From Sphagnum compactum (Eukaryota): DNA of 64,000 bases. This document shows positions 1 to 12,500 of the stretch, one piece after another. Positions within the stretch are counted from its first letter, which is position 1; every line of letters starts with the position of its first letter. The stretch lies in the NCBI GenBank assembly GCA_965153455.1, contig OZ234493.1, positions 23,798,213 through 23,862,212 of the forward strand, read 5' to 3'. Under the pieces are notes generated by a model that ran no database searches, was not told the DNA's origin, and worked only from the letters and a program-made list of their open reading frames with translations. A program made the position numbers and the translations under genes.

Positions 1-320
1 AATTATTTATATCCATTAAAACATCATATACATTATGCCATTCTATTTTTTTTGGTCTTACGTGGGTAGGTAAATAAGTAGGTATTAACTACTAGTTACC
101 ACACACACTTTAGCTAGCTACCTACTTACATGGATACCTACATACCTATTTACCACCTACTACATACTTACATATTAATTTATAAGCACCACCAATTACC
201 TATTTACATAATGAATTTGATTTTCATTGTGAATTTAAATAGGTATTTTATAACATTTGAAAATTGTTCAAATTTCAAAAATATGTTGTGTTTATATTTA
301 TGCAATTAATTTGTTATCAC

Positions 321-395
321 GTGAAGTGGTGGTTGGATGGTTAAAAGACTTGCCATATGGCCATGAAGGTGAGGATTCAAATCTCACTCTTGACA
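321..395 (+). other. Decayed tRNA-like sequence (tRNA pseudogene or SINE head)
   Basis: A-box-like TGGTTGGATGGTTAA, B-box-like GGATTCAAATC flanked by GTGAG/CTCAC, and a 3' end CACTCTTGACA that resembles tRNA-Leu ends. No intact anticodon arm. Confidence 0.4.
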
Positions 396-2450
396 TCCTA
401 TGAATGTGATTAAAATTGATCATGTTATAATTGTGAGTAGTCACATTGACATGGCACCTTTTTTGTTGTTAAACCATACATGAACATGTAAAATGTTTTG
501 TATGTGTAAGCATTTACGAAAGTCAAGATGTATGGTCACAAAATTGATGCCTATAGCATCATGGAACTTATTGTCCCCCATATAAATTGTTTTAGTAATA
601 CCAAGATACCATTAATATTGAAATAAATTCCATTGGAATGACATGTGTTGATTTGCCCCAAAATCAAAAAAAAAAAAAATCAAAATGAAAAGGGAATTTC
701 ATTAACACTTTGAAGAGGTATAGTTGACCATCATTGGTTGAAATTAAATTTAATCAAGGTTTTTGGAACTTGATTAAACATGTCCTTCTTACATTTTCAA
801 CATTTAAGTTACTTGTGTTTTTTTTCCCCAATATTGACATTATCACAGGTGGAAATCAATTTGGATTTGAATGTGACATAAAATATTGAGATTTTTGAAG
901 TTTTGTAATCTTATTCACTTTCAAAAAATACTTTGAGTTTAGTCCCCAAACAACTTAAGTGTATTAGGAAGGATAATTACATCCATTATGGATTGGGCAC
1001 ATTCACCACTAAATTTCCCTATAAAAATATACAAATAGACACAACTTTGTTTATACTTCATTTCATAGTCCTTGATGAGCTTTTAAATTTTTTGGTTTTT
1101 GGATAATCTAAAGGATCAAATTTGCCACTCTAGCATTCATTCAAGATCTACACCCACACATTTAATACAAAGATGAGTAAGTTTGTAAAGTTGAAACATT
1201 GCACTTATGATGATACACTATAATTTGGTGTGCAACATACCACATGATTTAAATTGATACAATTAATACAACTTGATATATTAAAATACTAAAGGAAAAA
1301 AATTGAATGTCACATTTTAAACTCATAAAATATATTGCATAATGTATGTTCAAATGTTATATTTGCTCAAATGTTAATACATTACAACATTAATACATTG
1401 ACATTTTAATATTGATGACCAAAATTGAACTTTTCAACCTACATGGAAACCTTAGAAAATTTTGGAAAAGAATTTACAAATTGCATAATTTGACGAAAAA
1501 ATGGTTCATAGACTTAGTATCAAATGTTGTGAATAATGAATGGTTAATTTAAGAATTAGTACTAAATGATCAAATGTGAATGTACCACAACTATGATTTT
1601 TGTGTAATATTATTATGTTCTCATTTGATCCAAACCCACAAAATTTCATGAAAAAATTGTTTCAAAATAATATTCTTTTTCTTTTCTTGAATTGTTTTGT
1701 TTCATTTAATTTCATTACACTTTTACATTCTAGGGTACAAGATTACTAGCTTCACCATTCCTAAGGATCATTTTTTGAATTTTGAAACTAAATAAAAGGG
1801 TTAAGAAGCTAAAGAAAATATGTGCAAACAATTGCATAATACACCTAGTATAACAAAATATGTATTATAAGCTTGGTAAGTGTACCACAAGGTTTTAAAT
1901 CAAAGGTGATTCAAAATAAGTTCACACAATGAAAACAATCAAAATATATGCCACACACTAAACATCAAAAGCTTTTCCACAAGAATATAATGCATTGCAG
2001 TGTATCACTTTTTTAATACATAGATCTAATTACATTGATACAATAAAAACCTGAAACAAAAAAATCATTAATATAAGAAAATAACAAACTCTCAAAATTG
2101 TTAATGCATTTGTGAACATGTAACAAATAACCAAGTTCACAAATTGCAAATAATGTATAGGTAAAATCTTATAATAAATTTTGATATCACACATTTTTCT
2201 TTGATTGAATAACAATTTTTTAAAAAATTTGATTGTTGCAAGAAATCACACAATTTGTTGCCTTTTGTTTAATTATTAGTTCCAATAGCATGAGTTGACT
2301 AAAGTTGTGAAAAATGCATAATTAATCAAGAAGTTCAAATTTCCTATCAATAAACATGCAAATCATTTAAAACAAACATAGCAAAATTCAACTTTACTCA
2401 CAATACATTGTATCATAGCCCCTTTTTATCTTTTTCATCATGGGTGTAAA

Positions 2451-2552
2451 TTTGAACTCAAATTGGCCACCATCTGCATGATATGGACTTGAACTTGGGT
2501 TGGTTGCCACGTGCACAATGTGAACTTGAACTTGGGCTAGTTGCCATGTGCA
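2451..2552. repeat. Short degenerate tandem repeat, ~39 bp x 2-3
   Basis: Recurring acttgaacttggg..gttgcca(c/t)gtgca units. Confidence 0.6.
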
Positions 2553-3369
2553 TAGAACATAGATTATTCACAATGGAAATTTCATAATGACAAACAAATG
2601 TCTTTTCATTTGTTATTCAACTCACTAACTTCCGAGGAAGTGCAATATTTTACATTCAAGTTGCACTTGTAAAAAGTTATAGTTATTTATTTAGCTAATA
2701 CTTTTGAAGTGATGGATCATCTTATATACTTAGCAATGAATTGTTTTAGGAAAATTAACAATGAATATGAAAATATTCTAATAGTAACATCATTCACCTT
2801 CACATGTTTATTGTTGTTTGATTTTCAAGAATAACTTGAGTGTTGGAATTGCTCTTGCTCGAAATTATTGTTGGGAAAACAATGACATAAAGAGAAAACA
2901 AGGGTCAAGGAAGGAAAAGGGTGCCCAAAAGTTATTTTTCTTGATCCTCCTCTTTACAAAATACCAATTAATTTTTTTTGTTCCTTGACTTTCTAGCACA
3001 TAAGAAATTACGTAAACACTCACCAACAAATAATACAATAGTTCACGATAAAACATTTAGTTTGTAAACAAAATCCATCACCCAAATCCTAATGATTGAA
3101 AAAAATTACAACAACATAATTGGTTTATAAAGAAAGTGAAAAAGAAAAAGAAACCAAGAAGTGCATTGTGGTCATGACATGGAGCATTTATACTCCATGA
3201 TTTTGTTGTAGAGGTTATGTTCATCTCAGGAGGTTTATGGCGGGCAACTAGTCTTTTTTTCAAGAGGAGTCTTCTCATGCCTCATGTGCGCCCCATTTTC
3301 ACCATTCATGTGTGCCCTATTCTCACCATTCATGGGAAGATTTTTCAATTACTCGTTTTCGCTGATGTT

Positions 3370-6000
3370 TAATTTTAGGGAGAGTTGATGAGTACAGCTG
3401 CGTCACTGGAACTTTGTGGCCATGACATTAATTATTCCTTTGGAAGACATCATTGCCGCCTTGTGCTAGCTGCACCCCCCTCCTTCAGGCCTTGTCCCTC
3501 CACCTATTTTTTATTATTAACCTAAACACGTTTTTGTCTTGGATAGGACTTTGTTTGCCCAAGCCTAGCCATTGTTCCGCATTTATCTTTGGGTGAAGTT
3601 TCTGGGATGGTATATGAACATCTCTCAGGTTGTTTCATACTAGAGGACCCATCTTTAGGGCTTTCAAAATTATTTAGGCTGTTGTTGTTGTTGTTCATGG
3701 GGATATCCCTAGGTGGTGGCCCTAGTGCTAGGGGCTAATAAATTGTTGACAATGGTAGAGGACATTGGTGGTCTTTGTCCTATTGTTGTGTGTGAGGTGT
3801 TTCTTTGACTTATTAGTCATTCCATTATCCTTTAGCTTCAGGGGCCATTTCAAGAGCACCTATCCCCCCATCAGTTTGGAAAATCATCCCTTGGAGGTTG
3901 TGAAGCCATCCTTTTTGGCATCTAAACCCTCTTCGACCTACACCCTGATTGGGCCATGATGTAGGTTAATGTAAAAAACGCTTTTAATAATGTTTCTTGA
4001 ATTGTTTAAAAAAAAAAAAAAGTGATGTTGGGGGCCTTTGGTGAACCCCTTTACCAGGTTCTTTTATGGTGTTCATTCTTTTCTTTACTACCAGCTTGGG
4101 CAACATGTGGAGGGGGTCATCATTATTTGTCATCTTCAGGCAAGAAATAGGGTGACCTTCTAGGAGGTCCTTTATTTGTTTTGGCCCATTATCAAGTTCT
4201 CTTAGAGCCCATTGCGTGGGCCTTTAGTTACTTATTTCCATCCTTAGCAAATGATACCCACATCGTGGGGCCTATGAATGAAATTACCCGCACCTTTGAC
4301 CACCTTTTGACCCAATTAACCCTAGTTGGGCTTAGGGTCAAAATGTCAAAGTGCAAGCTTTAAAGTCCATTAAGGATATCTACAGGTGTGAAAGTTCCCC
4401 AAGGCTACATTTTGGTGACAAAGCGCTTACGCATTTTGGGTGTGCTAGTGGGTTCTTAGGACTTTACCACGCATTTTTTGGATGAGGCTTTATCTCAAAA
4501 CATGGCACATATCGATGATCTTCGTTTCCTGGGAGACACCCAGGTTGCTTTGGGCATTTTGTCTTCATGTGTACCTCATTGACCTTCTTATCTCACATGG
4601 ACAATACCTCTTTATTCTTCCTTCTTATATCTTTTGGCAAGTTTCGACAAGAAAGTTATGTAGGTATGTTGGGACATTATGGATCTAGGATCGTGGGAGG
4701 CTTTTTAGGGCCCCTTAGTGAAATGTCATGTTCAATTACCGATATCTTTTGGTGGTATAGGCCTTCTTTCTATGGAGGATTGTGCCCCATTTGCTTTTCT
4801 AGGGAGTTCGACTTTGGTGGCTCTGTTTTTGTGCTTTAGGTTTCGTATTTTCAATAGACTTGTTTTGGAGGAGTATGTTGTTCATGTTGAAGGGGGCCCA
4901 CATTTGCTTCAATCATGTATACGTGTAGCACAAGATGACCTTCCTTTTGCAACTAGGGAGATACACCATTCTTTTGAGAGTCTGGCGATTATCGACGCCT
5001 CATGTTTATAAGCATCTTTGATGGATATCCACCATGACACATCTTTTAGGTCTATCTTGGAGGATGACTCCATTTCCAGAGCTCGCATTCATTCTTGTTC
5101 GGGCAAGGGGCAAGGTTATGGTTGGTTGTTAGGCCATCTATTTATTCATTTTGCATTGCACACTTTATTTTCACCTTCATGTTGCATTTACATTTCGGTT
5201 TGATTTAGCCTTTAGCATTTAGTTTTCACACATGTGAATGTGGACCCGGGTTTGACACATTTGGCACGCACTTAGCTTGCTATTCATTTGGAGGTCAATG
5301 AATAGCCACACATGACGCCATTTGAAACGTCATGTATGCCCTCACATGAGAGAATGGGCATGCTGTATGGAGAGAACCGTGGTACGTTTTTATGTCAAGA
5401 ATTTCATTATGAGCCAATCTCTACATGACCCAAGAGGACTAGGTCTTTATTGCTAATGTGGTGGTTATCGACCCAATGCGGGAGATGGTGGTTTTGAATG
5501 TCATTAGTCGACTAATAAGTGCAACTACAAAACTTAACATCATTGCTAAGATCCCCAAGTATAGAAGGCTTCATGAAGGGCACCACTTTATTCCGATGGC
5601 CATGGAGGTGCATGATGCACCTGAACGTGATATGGATCGTTTCATTAGGGAGTGTGTTCATATTTTCCACGATAGACGATCGAGAGGTCATTTATCCTTG
5701 TCTTTTTGCATTCAATTTTTCAGGCAACATGTTAGTATTGCTCTTCAACGTGCTTTAGCCTTTGCCATAGAAAGGAAGATTGCATTGGCAGGTGATGTTT
5801 GTTCTAGACCTCCCATTACTTCATGATTTGCATGCAGGAGACATTAGAGGGGCAGTGGGTGAAATAGTTCCTACCATGAGAGGGACTAACTCTCTCCCTC
5901 TTTTTGGTTCTTATGGGCTGTTCGTCTTTTGGCCTTTCTTTGGCCTTCCCTTTTTGTCTCCCCTGCGATGAACGGCCATCAATCTTTTATTGGATTTTTG
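3370..6000 (+). mobile_element. Decayed non-LTR retrotransposon, CRE-like clade (RT + zinc knuckle + restriction-like endonuclease)
   Basis: Translation through stops and frameshifts gives AALC*LHP; GGLCPIVVCEVFL*LI; HLSPHQFG..GGCEAI; VNVKNAFNNVS; *GDLLGGPLF (QGDP motif); FPSLANDTHIVG (catalytic xADD, ~4235-4270); QLPISFGGIGL; CECGPGFDTFGTHLACY..GG..IATHDAI (zinc knuckle plus RHD-like motif, ~5233-5320); *ANLY..ANVVVIDP; KIPKY..FIPMAMEVHDA..SIALQR (RLE nuclease motifs). Boundaries approximate. Confidence 0.85.
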
Positions 6001-6299
6001 TGGGGATTTTGCCATAACTACCTAGATGACAATTAAATCTAATCTGTATTGATACACAAATGTTTGATACATTGTTGATTGGGTAACTTTGTTGTGATAC
6101 ATTCTTGGTAAGATGCAAAATTACCCCATGAATTCCCCCAAATAGGCAGATTGTTTTTCATTTTTTTCTCATCCATTTTCACTTGTTTGAGATTTTTGAA
6201 TAGGGCAAACCCATGTTGTGAACACATGGCATCAAAACCTCAAGATCATTTTATGCTTGGGTCTTAAAACAAAAGAAAAACTACATTAATTAAAAAAAG

Positions 6300-7030
6300 A
6301 CTTATTGATTGAATGGATGACAATAATCCTTGGCATTACATTCATCGAATTCCGTTTGAAGAAACTTCACTTGGGTTGGTTGAAACTGAATAAATCATGG
6401 ATGCTGTTTCAGGCCTTTTGTCATCCATGAGGTATTGATTGTGGTGTACATAATTGGCCAAAACTCCAAATGTTCAACCCATTCTAAATGCTATTGGAAG
6501 GCTATAAGTTACTTCATCCAAAATACAGTGTGCAGGCCATTTTTTGTTGTACGAAGGCAAACCACATTAACTAAAAGAGTTGTCGACTGAATGGATGACT
6601 TTGACCCTTAACATTACGATCATCCAATTCTATTCAGAGAACACTTGCATTGGTTGAAACATCCATCATGTATGGCAGTTTCAGGCCTTTTGTCATCCAT
6701 GAAGTATTCCATTGCAGTGTCCATAATATCTACCCAAACTTCCAACTAATTTTCACACTATTTAAAGACTTGAAGCTACTTCATCCATAGTACAGTTGGT
6801 TTTACAGGCCATTTTACTGGTGCCATTGGGAGCTATTCCTTACAGTGGCAAACTACATTGCCTAAAAGAGTTGCTGACTGAACGGATGACATCGACCCTT
6901 AACATTATGTTCATCCAATTCTCTTTGGAGAACACCTGGGTTAGTTGAACCTGAATCATGGATGCAGTTTCAGGCCTTTTGTCATCCATGAAGTATCAAT
7001 GGCGCAATACATAATCGGAACTCCTGTTGC
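6300..7030. repeat. Triplicated ~270-290 bp unit immediately upstream of the hyccin-like gene
   Basis: CAGGCCTTTTGTCATCCATGA occurs at 6410, 6682 and 6971. Shared flanks include ga(c/t)tgaa(t/c)ggatgac, cattac..tcatc.aattc and ttggttgaaac. The third copy is partial. Confidence 0.85.
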
Positions 7031-7197
7031 AGTGCAGTTGGAGCCTTACGCCGCAGCAGCAGCAGCGGAAGAAGGAGAAGAGGGAGAGGCTTTTCTTTCC
7101 TCCTTGCCTCCCGGATGCTCTCGTGGGGCATTTGGCATTCGATTTTTGCAAGGTCGTAAGTAGTACATCAGCAGCAGCAGGAGGAATCGAAGTTGAA

Positions 7198-10100
7198 ATG
7201 TCTGTGTTGCAGCAGCAGAAGATGCAGATTGGCAATGGGAACATGGGGAAAGCTCTTGAAAGTATCCGCACTCTCGCCAAGATATTGGATCACTTCGACA
7301 TCTTGACCCTCTCGCAGGTAGTGAGCTCAGCATTTTTACTACAGCTCAGTTTCTGGGAGTGTTTTTCTGGCGACTTGATAGATCCTGATTTTTATTTCTT
7401 TTTAAAATTAGGGTTTTTTTCTTTCTTTTGCACACTGAATTCACTGTGTCATGAAGGTAGGGTTTGAAAGAAAGGAGAGCCTTTTGTTGGTGTTTAGGGT
7501 TTAGGGCTTAGAGGGGCGGGAAGAAGATGTGGAAACAGCCTTGTGGTGATACGGTCCTTGGAGTACAAGCTGGTGTGGTATTGTGATGAAGCCTTTTTTG
7601 GATCATCACGTTGGTTTCGAGATCACGAAGGTTTAGGATCAGTAATTAGGGTAAGATGCCCAAGGAGGATCTGGTGGCATTTTGATGAACCCTTTTGAGG
7701 TATCTGTGATTCTGATCAGTCTCTGTATTATTCTGCTTCTTAGGGAACATCTTTGATGTTCAATTGTGGGGTTTTTGGGGTGTTTGAGTACAGGAATCCC
7801 AGAATCCTGCCAAAGATCTGTTAGATGATGAGCATGTTGCTGATCTCATTTGTTACAGATTGGCTGAGTCCACTTCTGGAAGGGTAAGTGAGCAGTTTCC
7901 CTACCCCTATTTTTTTGCAGGAGACAGAAACCCTAGATGGAACTCAGGATCACTACATGAAGGGAATGGGGCTAGGGGAAGACCTTCCTCCAAGACAGAA
8001 CATAATTAAGAGACTGGATGTTTGTTCTTGTAGTCCTGCATGATTTTTGCACAATGCTGCCATCCTTGTCCTCCTCACTCTCTTGAAATACTGGGCTGCT
8101 TGAGTGGATGGAATTTGATACTCTAATATCTCTACTCTGTGGTGAGTACAGCATGAGAATTGATGGATATCTCAATAAGTGTGAGTGGCATGTTGTGATA
8201 TGTTTATGGGGGTTTAGAGCCAATGCCATCAGCCCGCACCTTCATTGAAACGAATCATTAGTAAACTTTCATGCAAAGATAGAATCTGTGATGGTATTGT
8301 TAGTGCTATCATAGAGTCAGCCCTTGTAGCAAATAAGTCATAATACCAGCAGATGAACCTTCACTGACCATGACACTTCTATTCTGCGCCTGCCTGCTAC
8401 TCCTGTCCTTCTCTATGAAACTTTGATGGAGGATAACAAAGCATAGTAACCAACTGGAGCAACTATAGTCAACTGTGACCAACATTGCATTGCTTTGAAA
8501 ATGGAATACAGGGCAATGATGAGATGTGTCAATGGTTATTTGACACATACCAAACAGAGGACATGGAATTACAAGCAGTTGTTTTGCGATTCATACCTAC
8601 TCTGTGTGGTCTCTACTTGCCCCATGCTGTGAGCTGTCCTGACGAGCCCCTTGCAGGTATTTCTATGTAAGTGTCTGTTTGCTGGTTTTATCTTCCCTAC
8701 TCCTCTGCTTCTGTTGGAGTTACAGTGCTTCCCAATCTGCGGACAAACCTGTTGATGAAATGTCATGCATTTCATGGTCAAGTGCCTTTCAACTTCTGTG
8801 TCCCCTCTGAGGTGATTCTATTTAGTAAAGAAACTGTGATTGGGCAGGATTTGAGGCAGTTTTGCTAGCATTATATGCAACAGAGCTCAGAGCTCGAAAT
8901 GGAGCGCCGCTTCTTATCAACATTCCGAGTCTTTCACAACCTAGTCCCTACCATACTCCCCACAAAACTTCCCGCTCTTCTGCCCAGCTGGTATATTCGT
9001 GGACCCTGATATTTGCCCAAGTATTTTGAACTTCAATCTGAGTGCCTTATTGTATGTGCTTTGCATTCTGAAATGCAGAATTGGAGATCACATGGTACGT
9101 TATAAAATTTGCTTGTTTATGCCTGTACAGCAGCAAGTGGGAGAAGTGTCGTCAGCCTTGGAGCCCCAAGTTGCCATAAAGAGTACAAAACGGGCATCAA
9201 TTGTAGGAGTTGCACTGGAGCTATTTTGGAGGAGGATTGTGGTGATGCCTTTGAAAGCAAAGCTTGACCTCTGTCACTATGCCAAAGTGTATGTTCCTCT
9301 TGATTATCCACTGGATTGCAAGAGATTGAATAGACATCTCTAATATGTTTTGTGCAACTTATTTCTTCTGCACTTTTGACATTGACCAGTCCCACTGTTT
9401 CCTTTCCTTGATCCTCCCAGCTGCTGCTGATGGGAATTTTGGGGACAGCTGGGCAGTCCAGGGATGCTCTTGGGTGAATGATGTGGATGCCATATCCAAC
9501 CTCACAATCCTGCCTTCCCAGTCAATAAGCACCAGTCAGCCAAAGGGTGACCATGTGGCTCCAAAGCAGGGGATAACACTGGATGTAGGGAAGCCACTAG
9601 CTGTAGATGAGCAGTCTGTACAGCATTCTCCTGCTGCAAGTTCACGAACTCGTGGGAAGTCATTGGAGAAACAATTTTCAGGTATATCCTTTTTCTTGTT
9701 TTCCACATCTGCTCTCTTTCTTACCTGCCCATTAATCTGAACAACTGATGTTTTAATGTGTCAACAAATCTTTTGTCAGAGAATGCATGGACAAGCTTAA
9801 ATTTTTTTTGTGGTTGAACCAGAGGTTGCTTGACAAATCTCAAGCTGCCAATGTTGCATTTGATTGGTTTTGGAAGGTTGTGGCTCAAGAAACCTGTATA
9901 GCTCACAAGGGGGTTAATCTGTCTTATTGCAAAAGGCTGTTCTTGTTTCAAATGTGGAGAAAACCTCTTTTCCTTCCAGGAATGAGGAAAAGAAACAAGA
10001 GGAAACAAGTTTTAGAAGCACGTATGGAAGCTCTTGTTGCCACAAGGAGTACACTGATTCTTTTGCTTAGGATTTAGTTTCTCAGTTGGGAAGCTTTGAA

Positions 10101-10712
10101 AGGGCCCCCATAGCTGGAAGTGTGCTGAGTGGTTGGTATTCTAAATTTGTAGAATCTGCCACATATGCCATAAATGGATACAGCCTATTTACTGACTAGA
10201 GGATTAGAAACACAATTTGAATGTCACCTGACCTTCACCTTCACTTGAAAAAGAAGCTGACAATCTTGATGTTCCAGAAAATTCCAATCTGAAAAGCTCC
10301 AAGAAAGAGAAGAAAGTTGACAGCAGAAGCCACAAAGTACAGTTCTCTGGCTAGGATTTATACTCATGTGGTCAATTGTTTTGATGTGATGTTTGGATCA
10401 GCAGGAGTTGTGGTGTCCACTCCTGACTCACCAACAGGTGCTAATTACCATGAAGTTGGAGAATTTCATTACCCAGGTGACCAACTGGATGCTCCCAGGG
10501 TAACTCTGGACCAAGATATTCTACGACCTATTTTCAAGGTGCTTGGCCATTGCCTCATGGGACCCACAAGCTCCCCAGAATTGAGGGCAGCAGCAGTAGA
10601 TGCTGCCCGTGCACTTTATGTGCGTGCAAGTCATGCTTTGAATCCAGAGGCAATTCTGGTGTCACGGAGCCTGCTGAGGTTGCATGCAGCTGCACTTATC
10701 AGCTCCCGCTAG
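7198..10712 (+). CDS. Hyccin/FAM126-family protein (plasma-membrane PI4-kinase complex subunit), ~398 aa in the simplest model
   Basis: Exons 7198-7317, 7794-7883, 8512-8656, 8848-8990, 9131-9288, 9449-9681, 10405-10712 (TAG); GT-AG and phase-consistent. Motifs GNDEMCQWLFDTYQ..VVLRFIPTL.GLYL, LAGFEAVLLALY, PSLSQPSPYH, RASIVGVALE, ILRPIFKVLGHCL.GP, LYVRASH.L.PEAIL.SRSL match plant hyccin-like proteins. Extra exon(s) in 9682-10404 are possible, e.g. 9980-10048. Confidence 0.85.
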
Positions 10713-11270
10713 GGCTTCATCTACACCATTGAGATATCACAAGTGTGAAGCTTCAGCATTTTGACATGAAGTTTAGAAGACCTGCAGGGGCAACTAATGT
10801 GCTATGCAAGAAGCATCCTGTATGGGCTCTTTCTGCCAAAGTGGGAATGCTTTACCCATTCTACAGGAACATTGCAATGAACCTTCAGACTTCCCAATGT
10901 TCAGCATTTCAAAATTTCAAACTTTGGTCGGTCTCCACCCTGCAGTGTTCCAGGCATGGAAAGCAATGGCATTATCACTCCATACTATACAAGATTATGT
11001 TTATTGTCTGCAATGATGAATGTATGTCAGGTGTTCACTGGAACACAAATCTTGCGGACTCAGCAGGTTGTTGAATATTGAGGGCAGGTGTCACGGGAGG
11101 TTCCAAATTCCTTTTTTCATATTCTTTTCTTTTAAAAATACCATGTAATGGACTTATTTACAATTTAGTGATCAATTTCCAGTATGACTCATGTACTCCT
11201 TGCATTGTATCTATGTTTCTTGTTATGCTTGGGTCTTCTATGCTTTCATTTGTCTGAGTTGTTGTGCTTG

Positions 11271-11390
11271 TGACTAAGATTTCTTACATCCATCATGAGA
11301 GTTAATTAGATAATAATAACTCTGTTTTCAATGACTAAGATTTCTTAAACCCATCCTGAAAGTTCATTAGATCATATTAATTCTATTTCC
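11271..11390. repeat. Tandem duplication, ~61 bp x 2
   Basis: gactaagatttctta(c/a)a(t/c)ccatc.tga.agtt.attagat occurs at ~11271 and ~11333. Confidence 0.8.
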
Positions 11391-11559
11391 AATAAAGATG
11401 TTTGTTGGTGTACTAAAATTCTGTTAATTCTACTAAAAATGTGGTGTAAGTGTTAGGGATGCATTGGAATGAATAATAGGAAATGGATCTTAAAATGGAA
11501 TCACTAAAGAATTAATACAATAAGTTGAGTTCAAAAAGGAAAAGTAAGATCACTATTGA

Positions 11560-12500
11560 TTTTTAAGAAATTTGGCTCTTTCAACTTAGATTTCATTACA
11601 TTGATGACTCCCGTAAGTTAGTGACACGTTTGAAAGTTCACCACAAACAACTGAATTATGTGGAATGGTGATTCCTTGCGATTGATGGTAGGATATATTT
11701 GCCTTCAGCTTGTACTTACACATGATACATTGGTAGTTCAAGGGACTTAACAACACAATAGGGAGAGACAAAATGCCTAATTGCTAGTCATATGAATGGT
11801 GGTCTTTGATAAGCTTGGAAGGACGATTGGCATTTTCTTGTATCCAATATTGGAGGTAGACCAGCCCCACAACATCCATTAGGTAGCTTGTTGGAAAGTA
11901 GCTCATTGATTCCTTAATTAAGGTGTTCACAAGTCCTATAAGTTCACATAACAAATTTTTCGTATGATGCATGATACATTTAAAAAACTCAAGCACATTT
12001 GCAAAAACAAAATAACAAGAACCATTAAATTTTAGAATATTTGGAATGTTTCATAGCTTTGATTTGAGCCGCAGAACCTTTGCTTGTGCATAACACCTTG
12101 ACCTCCTTGACAATTCTATCGTAAACCTCTTGAAACTAGGAGAAGTTTCCCAATGACCGACTCTAGGTGATTCCATATTAGTGGTGTTGACCTCATTGTG
12201 TGAGCGAGTACTCAACATTTGGTGCATTGGGATTTCAACTCACAGTCGACCTACCATTGACAAACATTGTGTTTGCATGTCAACAAATCCTTAAATCGTT
12301 TGATGACTTGAATACATAAACGGTGTTAGGATGAGTATAAAGGCCATAAAGTTAAGGATGGTTGAATTTAATTGCAAACACATGTCCCTATGAAAATTTG
12401 ATTACAATATGCAAAATTTCTTGCAAAAGGAGCAAGCCAACAAGTGTACATAAATCTTGCACTACAAGTTGAAGTTTGTTTTCACCAAATGATTTTTGGT
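11560..12500 (-). mobile_element. Decayed DNA transposase fragment, probably hAT (ZNF862-like)
   Basis: Minus-strand remnants DLCTLVGLLLLQEILHIVIKFS*GHVF and LIKESMSYFPTSYLMDVVGLVYLQYW resemble the C-terminal half of hAT-type transposases. Many stops. Recognised from memory, not by alignment. Confidence 0.45.

Noticed and set aside
7493..7510. Telomere-like TTTAGGG repeats (similar degenerate run at ~15577-15607)
   Set aside because: Only 2-4 imperfect units; such telo-box-like motifs are common in plant genomes and do not indicate an interstitial telomere.
9684..9692. ATATCCTTT, a perfect U12 AT-AC donor motif 2 nt inside the GT donor of hyccin intron 6
   Set aside because: I found no downstream TCCTTAAC-type branch site with an in-frame AC acceptor, and the ordinary GT donor at 9682 gives the correct phase for the final exon.
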